Shown: positions 54,395-64,000 of the stretch, one piece after another
Layout: every line of letters starts with the position of its first letter
Position numbering within the stretch: position 1 is the stretch's first letter
NCBI GenBank assembly: GCA_951406725.2
Contig: OX597818.1
Location: 26,226,001 to 26,290,000 of the forward strand
Direction of reading: 5' to 3'
DNA: 64,000 nt
From: Octopus vulgaris
Lineage: Eukaryota
Notes under the pieces: generated by a model
What the model was told of the DNA's origin: nothing
Seen by the model: the letters and a program-made list of their open reading frames with translations, nothing else
Database searches by the model: none
Program-made: the position numbers and the translations under genes

Positions 54395-54479
54395 TTAGTG
54401 TATAGCTAACTAGGATATTAACAAGAGTAATAGAAATGAACTTATATATATATGGCTGGTGATATCAACAGAGAGTTAA

Positions 54480-55510
54480 GATCCTGGATCTTCCGTTCAT
54501 CGTTTTTCCTGGATGGATGCTTCAGGATTTGGAAGTTTTCATTTAATCACAATCTACAATTTCTTGTTTCATTAATGTATGGGATTACTCTGTCCAGGCT
54601 ATTCCAGATTATGAGAACTAAATTCCACTAGCTATTAATTTCCAAATGAATTGTGACAGAGGCATTGAGATCTCTGTCCACTAATCTGAATACATACATA
54701 TGCTCATTGTATCACCTCTTAATGGTTTTGAGGTGAGTACCAACATTTTTTGCAATAGCATTTGTGGGTATCAGACTTATTCTACATATCACTGCATCAG
54801 AGAGAGATGATGCTCCAAGAAGACAGTTTGAAAAGTTTCTGCAATAATAAGTTGATCTGAGCTGAAGGCTGGTTTGGATGTATGTCTCAAATTGTGGCAT
54901 GAGATCTGAGAGACAATGCTGCCCAGACAAGTGTAACTCACTTTCTTGTTGTTAGTAATGAAAAGTTTGCAATATTTATACATAAGTGGGAAATGAGATC
55001 ATAATAGAGTCAAAAAATTCCTGGCTATATTGAGGAAGTGGTTTTTTTACCAGGTGATGAGAGGTTAAAGTATGAAAGAGAGACAAAAATGGATGTCTTG
55101 TTGTAGCGGAGATACAGGGTTACCCTAGTTGGAAAGGTGAGAAGATGGTGGTGAAGCAGTGTCAAGGCTCATCCCCAAGTTAGGAGACGGTGAGTATAAG
55201 AAAAATGGTCAAATGGATTGGACAGGGGGAATGGATAGCTAAGTTCATGAGAGTGTAAAAGGAGAGCAGCAGATGAAAGAAAAATGGAGATAGAGGTGAA
55301 GTGAGCGGGGAAGATGGGTAGAGATGCTATCAATGGTGAATATCAGTTGTGAAGGCAGAAGGTGGAGGCAACATGAGGAAGCACAAGTGATGTGAAGTGC
55401 GTTCAGTGTGCAAGAAATGCACAGTGCCAAGGATGAGGTCAGAGGTACATAGGGATGGAAATAGTGTAAGATGAACACAAGTAGTGGGGGCTGCCATTGG
55501 CAGAATGTGA
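54480..55510 (-). mobile_element. highly decayed retroelement, possibly Penelope-like
   Basis: purine-rich + strand and weak RT-like remnants on minus; no intact motif. Confidence 0.3.
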
Positions 55511-55544
55511 TCACTTAAATATTTACAGAGGATTATCTGCTTAC

Positions 55545-55604
55545 CAATGCCATTTGTGCTAATGGGTCTCCTCCAAGGGCTGCAAATGTCAAATAGACAA
55601 TAGT
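55545..55604 (-). CDS. SEL1L: SEL1L exon
   Basis: ttacag|ACT...TTG|gtaagc; TIVYLTFAALGGDPLAQMAL. Confidence 0.92.
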
Positions 55605-55658
55605 CTGTAATATAAGAAATAAAGTAGTCTTAATTGTTTTAGTTCTACAAGAAATTAA

Positions 55659-55883
55659 CCCTTTCATTACTGTATTTATTTTGAAATGCTCTGTGCTTCT
55701 TTCAATTATTTTAAATATAACAAAGAATTTAATAAAATAACTTAGTTATCATTAAGCTAGTATTGTTATGAACATAAATTGTGACTAAGGTTTGGTGGAA
55801 GATTTTAATTCGGAACTTTTGAAAACAAGACATTTATACTACAGAGCCATGAGTTGGTTTCAGCCGGGTTGGTAATGAAAGGG
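55659..55883. mobile_element. TTAA-flanked MITE family 1 (piggyBac-like)
   Basis: TTAA-CCCTTTCATTAC ... GTAATGAAAGGG-TTAA; older copy at ~58130-58553 carries a nested family 2 MITE. Confidence 0.85.
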
Positions 55884-56110
55884 TTAAACTTTCAAAGCAA
55901 ACTTTACTAATGGTTAAACTGATTTTTAAAAAAAAACTTTAGCCCAAACATTAATGCTAAATAGCAATTTTGACTTCCATTCCCAAATACCCATGTTCTT
56001 TTAGTTATCTTTTATCTCAACAAGAATTTATAGAGGAAATTTGTTGAGGTAGGTATATTCAAAAGACATTTAAGTATAGGCATAATGCATTACACACAGA
56101 ATAAAATTCT

Positions 56111-56336
56111 GTGAGCTGGCAGAAACGTTAGCACACCAGGCAAAATGCTTAGCAGTATTTTGTCTGCTGCTATGTTCTGAGTTCAAACTCCGCCAAGGTC
56201 GACTTTGCTTTTCATCCTTTTGGGGTTAATTAAATAAGTACCAGTTACGCACTGAGGTCGACATAATCAGCTTAATCCATTTGTTTGTCCTTGTTTGTCC
56301 CCTCTATGTGTAGGCCCTTGTGGGCAGTAAAGAAAT
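56111..56336 (+). mobile_element. SINE family A with extra 5' captured segment (56040-56110)
   Basis: 18-bp TSD AAGAATTTAT(A/G)GAGGAAA at 56022-56039 and 56337-56354. Confidence 0.88.
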
Positions 56337-57094
56337 AAGAATTTATGGAGGAAACAACAAGGATAGAATTGTACATATGCATAAAAATGCAAAGTAAAGA
56401 AGTTGAAATCAAAAGAAGAACAAAATTTTCAGAAATGTCTCTTTCTCATATTTCTTTCTTGAGATTTTTTATGTGACAGGTGTTGAAACAGATATTGCTG
56501 TATTTAGTAAATGCCATTATTCTAATGAAAAACCATGCACACAATATGTATTTCATATCTTTACCAATCAATTAATAAATAAGTAAACTACAACCAGTGT
56601 GTGGTGCTTTTATTGGTATAGTAACCCTCCCCAAAAAACAGCAAATTCTGTAATTACTGTCTACAAAGACGAAGGGATGGCCGTAGTTGGAGTTCACTAA
56701 AACAATATAAAAAGACAAAATATCTCGAATGTTGGTTCTCTGTCCATACATCTGACTTACACAGCTGCCATTTCTAGGTCTGAAGCTACAAACAATAACA
56801 AATGTGTTGATAAATATGTATGCCCAAGATTCAAGATGTTCATTGATTCATTATACAGTCAGAACTACACTGAAGCATCAACAAAAGAGTTTGATTCCTA
56901 ATAAGCACTCACTCTTTACTAGCTTTATATATCCATACAAGTACAATGCTTAAAAAATGGAAACCTATTTCTAATTCAATCTTAGTTTACTCATCAATAA
57001 AAAAAATTATAAAATTTTAATTATTTTCAGATTTTTATTCTAAAATTTAAAGTGTATGTATAATCACTACAATAAAGTAACATAGTACACATAC

Positions 57095-57148
57095 CTTAGC
57101 TTGACTGGAATTCACAGACATGCCAATACTGAACAACAAACCAAGGCC
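57095..57148 (-). CDS. SEL1L: SEL1L exon
   Basis: ttccag|GGC...AAG|gtatgt; GLGLLFSIGMSVNSSQAK. Confidence 0.92.
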
Positions 57149-58724
57149 CTGGAAATTAATAAGAAAAAATCAATATATTAGATAAAATACAAAGATAATT
57201 TTAAAGTGAGATGATTCCAAAACTTGTATCAATTTTTAGCTCTCTTATGGTTTTCTGCAAATTAGGTGACATAAGGCTAATTGAGACAAAAGTGCTCAAT
57301 TTCAGTTTCTGTCTTATTCTGTGTGTAATGCATTATACCTATACCTAAATGTCATTTGAATATACCCGTCTCAACAAATTTTGTATTTAATCCTCAATTT
57401 CCATTTTTTTTCCCTCCTAATGTTCCAACTGTCACTCTTAACTTGCTCTTACTCTGATGAAGAATCTCTTCTAATTCTCGTTACTCTAAAATTATCTTGG
57501 GAACTGACATGTTCATATCTGGTATTAGGAAGGGCATCTAGCTGTAGGAACCATGTCAAAACAGACAATGGAGCCCGATACAGTTCCCGGTCTTACAAGT
57601 TCCTGTCAAACCTTCCAACCAATGCCAGCATGGAAAATGGAAGGTAAATGATGATGATGGCTCTCACATGAGAAAGTGTTGTAAATAAGAAAAGTATTTG
57701 AAAGACTCATTTTTTTTTTTGATTAAAATTTATATTTCTCAGACAGAATTGTATTATTTAATAACATAGTTTGATTTATTAAGAGAACTCGCTGAGTTAC
57801 TGTAATAACATCGAAAGGAGTAAAATACATTTTGACATCTTAAATAGTCTTATTCAGAAAGAAATAGAAAATAGATATTTTATCATCTATTAAATCAAAA
57901 AGATGACTGTTTTCTGTCAAAACATCAAAAGTCTATCAGAGATAATATAACTCGATTATTTGAAAGAATTTATCAATTACGTTAAAATGCTTAATGTTCT
58001 TTGTAGCAAACATATATTTTACTTTAATTCTAATTGATTTTTCAGTCTATTTTAAGGAAAGTTATAATAGCAAAGGAAAGTCAATGAGGAAAGCAACCAA
58101 ATCTTCAAATCACATCCCACTGCCTTAAAATATTTCTATTGAAATATACTGCCTTGTTTTAAATAGTTTTGAAAATAATGAAAAAATTTAGAAACATAAC
58201 TATCATTATTTAGCTGGTGTTTGGTGTGTAAAATTAACATGAAATTTTGATAGAAAGTTTTTAGATCATTTTAACCATTTAATATTTAAACCAGCCATAT
58301 CCAGCCCGAATATTATACCAGTTTTTATGCTCAAACTGATGTTACTCTTTTCATACTCTATAGTATCATACTACAAATAAACAAGCACATCACTGAAATC
58401 TCAGTGCAAAAAGATAATGCATGAATAATTCAAAACAGCGAAAATAAATAAGCATTACATTGGACGGAATAATCTGAATGTTAAAGGGTTAAACAGAAAG
58501 TTTGTAACATAGAACCAAAGGTGGCCTCAGTTGGGTTGATATCAAAGGGGTTACACGGTTAAGTTTGATAGTTTCTCTATGAAAACACTGTGTATGGCCT
58601 TAACCATGCAAAATAGCTAAGATATTCTTAAATATTAAAGATAAACAATATAACAATGATAAGAGTGAATATTAAAAGATAAAAGAAATTAACAAATTGT
58701 TACATTAAAATACATTTTACTTAC

Positions 58725-58887
58725 AAGTTGACCTCGGGCAGACCCTCTATTGGACAAATCTTCAAAAATTTCTTTGGCTTTTGTAAAATTCTGATTACAA
58801 TGATCACCAAAGAAGTGCCCAAAACCTATGTATTCAAGTGCTTTTGTATGGTTCAGTTGAGCAGCAGCTTTGAAAAAGACATAGGCT
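58725..58887 (-). CDS. SEL1L: SEL1L exon (Sel1-like repeats)
   Basis: ttgtag|A...CTT|gtaagt; AYVFFKAAAQLNHTKALEYIG...LSNRGSARGQL. Confidence 0.92.
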
Positions 58888-59929
58888 CTACAATAAATTA
58901 CAAAAAAGACACAGGTTCTACAACAAAATTACAAAAAAGTCAAAATAATTATTTTTTAAAAAATATCAATTGAATAAGTTATAAAACCTTTTCCAAAAAA
59001 TAAGGTAACATAATTCCACCTTTTTATCATGCATTACAAGATGAAATTAAAAGCTAGGGACTAGGATTTTTTTTTTTTTGCATTATTATTATGTTTTGGC
59101 AGAACTACCGATGAATAAAAGTAATGTAGCTAAGTAATCATCATCACCATCATCTGTTTTCTATGCTGGCATGAGTTGGACAGTTTAACAGGAGCTGACA
59201 AGGCCGGGAGCCACATCATGTTCCAATGTTTTGACATGGTTTCTACAGCTATATTCCTTCATAAGGCCAACCATTTTACAGAGTGTACAATGTGCTTTCT
59301 ATGTGGCACCATTACCAGTGCTTAAACATTCAATATATTTAGAAACTCCAGTTGTCAAATTTTTTTGGTTTTAATTCTAATATTGAACAGGATTAGGTTT
59401 TATAGTAGATGACTGGTAACAGTGGATAACTATTACTATCATCAAAGTTTAAAGAATGGTTACTGCTTTTATTTTTGAATTTCATTTAAATACGCATCTT
59501 TCATATTTGATAGTTGACTTTGTGAAATAAGAGTGACATAAAAAAATCCTAAAAATGTCTATCCCCTATGAATTTTATGTATAATTTTTTTTAAATGTTT
59601 GACCACATACAATATTTACCATATGAAATTATTTATTTTGTGCTAAATTGTGTGATTAGTACAAAACTGTATCTACCATTTGCTACTTAACTATTTGTAA
59701 TGAAAAAGTTACTGACAATGTCAACTATAAAATACTTAAGTTTAAATTTTATTGAAAATAGTAGTTAAGACTAAATATACTATAATATGACTTTTCAATA
59801 AAACTACTGCCATTACCACTGTGATGCCTCTTGATTTTTGTTTAGAATTTCTCTGAATTCTCAACAGATTCAACTCTAAGAACTAAGCCATCAACATATA
59901 AAAATTCCTACTACAGCTGATGTTGAACT

Positions 59930-60225
59930 CTTCTGTAATGGCCCGAAGAACAATAATAATGAGAAGGGATCTCAGAACCAAGACCTGATGGATATCCATC
60001 TACACTAAATTATTCAATGAACTTATTGCCAACTCTTACCTTACTGACTGCATGGCTTGCATGACCCTCACATGCAATTCATCTACACCCAGTTTCCTTA
60101 GTTCTAGAGTGTGGAACTCCATCAAAAGCCTTTTTCAGATTGACGACTGCAAAGAATTGTGGCTTACTCTTAACTAAGAACTTCTCTTGTAGTTCTCTCA
60201 TTAGTAAAAGGGCATGAATGGTACT
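59930..60225 (-). mobile_element. old RTE RT fragment
   Basis: decayed similarity to the QEKY..DMEKAFD..KLGIDEW..QGSVLSP segment; further scraps at 52200-52420, 61790-62030, 62660-62790. Confidence 0.6.
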
Positions 60226-60469
60226 CAGAGGACCATGTCTCACTCACATATTCTATATTTATGGTATGATTTCTATACCCTTCCTAACACCAATCACTTT
60301 TCAGAAAAGAACTACTAAATGAAAATATGACATATAGGGAAAGATATTACATGTTAACGTGTGTTAACATGTATATGTTAACACACATACGTGTCACAAC
60401 CTGTTTAGAAATCACTAAAAACTAATATCTTAAAAAACAACTACTCATAACATATTTATAAATACCTAC

Positions 60470-60533
60470 GCTCTATAATTCTTATGGTAAGTATTGTTAA
60501 TCAAGACTTCTCCTTGTTCATAAAGTTCATTAG
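60470..60533 (-). CDS. SEL1L: SEL1L exon
   Basis: tttcag|CT...GC|gtaggt; ANELYEQGEVLINNTYHKNYR. Confidence 0.85.
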
Positions 60534-63500
60534 CTGAAAGACAAAAATACAGCTGTTAATGACATTGAGATGTTACACAAGAAAGTGTATGTATAGAAAA
60601 ACAAGTGGAAGTTCTTTCTTCTCTAGACATGTATATAGACCAGCAAATAATTTTTAATTAGCAGCAAATAATTTTTAGTTAGCAGCAAATAAATCTATAT
60701 ATAATAATTAGCAATGTGCTTTTATTTACTATCATGCTGAAGCGATAGTGTAGAACTAGAACTTCAAAGGACATATAGATAGTGAGCAACAGTTGAAATA
60801 AAATGAAAGTGAATGGAAGGATGAGATATTCATCTGTCATGCTTGTCTGGAATAACAAATAGAGAGAGAGTAAGAGTGGGTAAGAGTAAAAGGAGTAACA
60901 ATTGGACTGGCAGCTATAGACTAATTTATAGGATTCCAACAGGATGAGTTATTATACACACAAAATCATTTACCATCAACCTTCCATGCTGGCATGAATT
61001 AAAAGGATCATCATGCTCCAAGTCAGTTCTTATTCAAAGTTACTGCCCTATTAAGCCTTTAGCTTTCAGATTACTCTGTCAAATGTAATGCTTATTTATT
61101 TACATTATTTTGAATTATTTATGCATTATCTCAAAGGTTCAAGATTTCAGTGATGTGATTGCTTTATTCTTAGACTGACACTGTAAGGTAAGTGGGAAAG
61201 GCTGGATCTGGCCAGTTTGAACATAAAACAAGTAGAATATTTTGATGAGATATAGCCAGTTTAAATGCTAAAGAGTTAAACATGTTCGAGAATTGTCTCA
61301 TTCATACATTCTATATTTATTGGCTGGATTTCTATGCGCTTCCTGACATCATTACCTTTACAGAGTGTACTGGATGTATTTTACCATGATACCAGCATAC
61401 CAGCACCAGTAAGTTCGCCTTTTGCTCTACAAAGCTGAGAATTTTCACTACTCTATAGCACCTCCATTCATTCAAGGCAACATGCGAGAGAGAGAGAGAG
61501 AGGGTAGGTGAAGAGAATGGGGATGAAAGGAGAAATGGAGTAGGAGGTAACAGAAGCAAGACAGTAATGGCAAGGTATGAGGGAAGTGAGATAGTCAATG
61601 CCCATGGCTTCCTAGGTCTCATTTCACAGATTCCACCCACTATGAGTGACCTAAACTTCTTTATACATATGCATTATATATATCCATACCAACACAGTTT
61701 TCACTTTTGTACACTACATATGATCCCTACTGAATCCAATCTTTCTCTTAGCTCATTTATGTTCCTTCATGTACACTAATATTACACATCCATGGAACAT
61801 TCACTTTATTTCTTTATAGATTTTGAAAATAAATTCACTGCATTTAGAGCCCATGTCTTGATACTATGCAATATCACAGCTCATACACAAGCATCATCTG
61901 CCCCTCAGACTGAGAGTGAAACCCTTTGTTACCAGCAGAGGCAACAAACTTTTCTTACTCTAACTACAATACTTTTGTAACACTTACCTCCATTGCTAAT
62001 TAAGGTGCCTATGTAAAAAATGCTATCAGCTTTAGGGAGCTGTCCAAGTATTTGAGATAATCTATTTCACATGCTTGTGTCAGGCCATTTATGTTACTGG
62101 TTGGATGTAGTCCAGGACAACCTACTGCAAGGTCAGGTCACTGCTAACTAAACCAGCTCCTTCATAGGCTTATCTAGTGAGATGGGTTGCTACAAACCCA
62201 GCAGAATAAGAACAATACCTATCAAAAAGAGATAAATTTAACATAGGAACAATATCTAGCATTAGCACAGGGACTTAGAAATTCCAGGTTAGTGTTCAGT
62301 ATGATGTAAAACAATAGAGAGTAGGGTGCTCTTTAGCATTTAAAGCATGTCTCTAAGAGAAAGTACTACTATGTGCAATTACACCAAAGGATAGGCAGTC
62401 TGGACTCAGCATCCAAATTAGGAAGATTTGAATATAAATGAGGCTTAGGAGTACTTGCAAAAAGGTAAAGTCTACGAGAGTCAACCTGACAGTAAATTAG
62501 GCCAGAAAAGGATTCAAGCCCTACTGGCTCTATCAAAAAGAGAGCATAATGATGCAACAAATGAATGATAGTTGGGTCTGAAACACCCTAACTCTCAGCC
62601 ATAAGGATGAGAATATTCATTTATTTCACATGTGTTATGCTATATATACTGCATACAAAGTTAACCTTCTCTATTAGTTTGCCTGTGATCCCACTATGCT
62701 TTTTGTGTGTCCATAGTTTACAATGGGTACACCATATAAAGTTTCTAATGTTTCTTTTTCTGCATTACAAGTAAAGCCCTTTCCCTGATGGCAGCAGAAT
62801 TTTTAAGTCATAGGTTTACTCCACTGAGCTAACATGGGGTGATATGGCATATATTCATGTCAATGAAAATAAAGTGTAGATTGAATAATACATAAACTGA
62901 AACAAGGAAAATTTTTTTTTAAATCAAGGAAGGAACATAACTAAACAAGCTGACATTGTCATTGTTTTGAGAAAGAGCATCTATGTGGTCACTTGTTCTA
63001 CTAGAAATAGTAGTCACACATCCCTCAGATCATCTTTGCACATATGTGTGTATGTATATACACATAAATATAGATAGATATATAGATATACACACACACA
63101 CACACATACATCAAAACTTCAGCATCTACCCACATCCACTGAAATAAACTGAAGATTAATCAACAAATAAACCAAAACAAGAAAGTAAAAAAATTAAAAG
63201 TGTTCATAACTAAATTATTTGATGATGAAGTTGTTTAGCAAGAATGTTTCCAAGTGGTTGCTCAAAATATGAGAAATACCACCTACAATAGACACAGGTA
63301 TGGTTCAGAAATGTGTGATGACTGAGTGACTGCAGGGCATCTGCAGTGATTAGAGAAGAAGGTTCAGGTATAGAAGATAATGGAAGCACAGAACATAAAC
63401 TGAATTTAAAAAAACAAGCAGAAAATGTTAAACTGATTCAAACATCATGTAAATTCAAACTAGCAATTCCATTATTTCTAGTAGAAAGGGAAGAGCTGTC

Positions 63501-63537
63501 ATTTATGGTTTAGTGTTAAAAAAAAAAAAAAAGTAAC

Positions 63538-63687
63538 CTTTTATTTCTAGAGGAGTAAGTTCATCTTCCTTCATTTCCTCCCCTTTAGAATTCACGGCAT
63601 CAGCTGTGTGATCAGTATCAGGAAAATTAGCTGAATCAACATCTGAATTGAGATCTGCTGTATTTAAAGCTTCATTGGACGGTTCAT
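63538..63687 (-). CDS. SEL1L: SEL1L exon, acidic N-terminal lumenal region
   Basis: gcttag|AT...AAAG|gttact; 150 nt, phase 1/1; EPSNEALNTADLNSDVDS...EDELTPLEIK; joins next exon in frame. Confidence 0.75.
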
Positions 63688-64000
63688 CTAAGCAAAAAAA
63701 AAGAATTTTAATAAATAAAAAGTCAAAAATTTTTTACCAAAAATAAAAATAAAATTAGTTTGGTTTGATTTGCTTTGGATTAATGGTGATTCCTAATTGA
63801 CCATTCTAATTTCAGAGTCTAATTTGTTTAATCTTTTTAATATCAATTTGCATGAGACTCTCATAAGAAAGCTAGTATACGATTGTCTGTGTGATCCTGC
63901 AAGCTCATACAAGGATGGCTTAGCTATGACTGGAGTCCCTTTGATAGTAGATAGGCTTGATCAGGATTGACCTAGAGCTGAAGAAGAATACATGCTCAGC

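Overview
AT-rich, intron-containing animal DNA; the repeat landscape (RTE LINEs with (GAT)n tails, tRNA-derived SINEs, Penelope-like elements, mariners, long TA/TATG microsatellites) suggests an octopus or related coleoid cephalopod (inference). Two spliced genes converge tail to tail. (1) On +, the last 7 coding exons (2975-29462) of a HELZ/HELZ2-family UPF1-like SF1 helicase: the C-terminal half of one helicase domain (motifs IV-VI), then, with no RNB domain, a degenerate truncated second helicase-like domain. (2) On -, 16 coding exons (63687 down to the stop at 31858) of SEL1L/Hrd3; its 5' end is beyond the window. Every exon has GT-AG ends and consistent phase. Introns hold RTE, Tx1/L1, CR1-like and Penelope-like retroelements, Tc1/mariner elements, MITEs and three SINE families. 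Most notable: a TSD-flanked palindromic element (49637-50160) of two head-to-head tRNA-like heads, each followed by a decayed minimal hammerhead ribozyme motif (candidate Penelope-dependent ribozyme-SINE); further hammerhead motifs in PLE-like termini; a PHD finger inside the RTE reverse transcriptase; two RTE copies sharing inactivating lesions; a SINE insertion that captured an inverted copy of nearby DNA; and duplicated splice acceptors in SEL1L.
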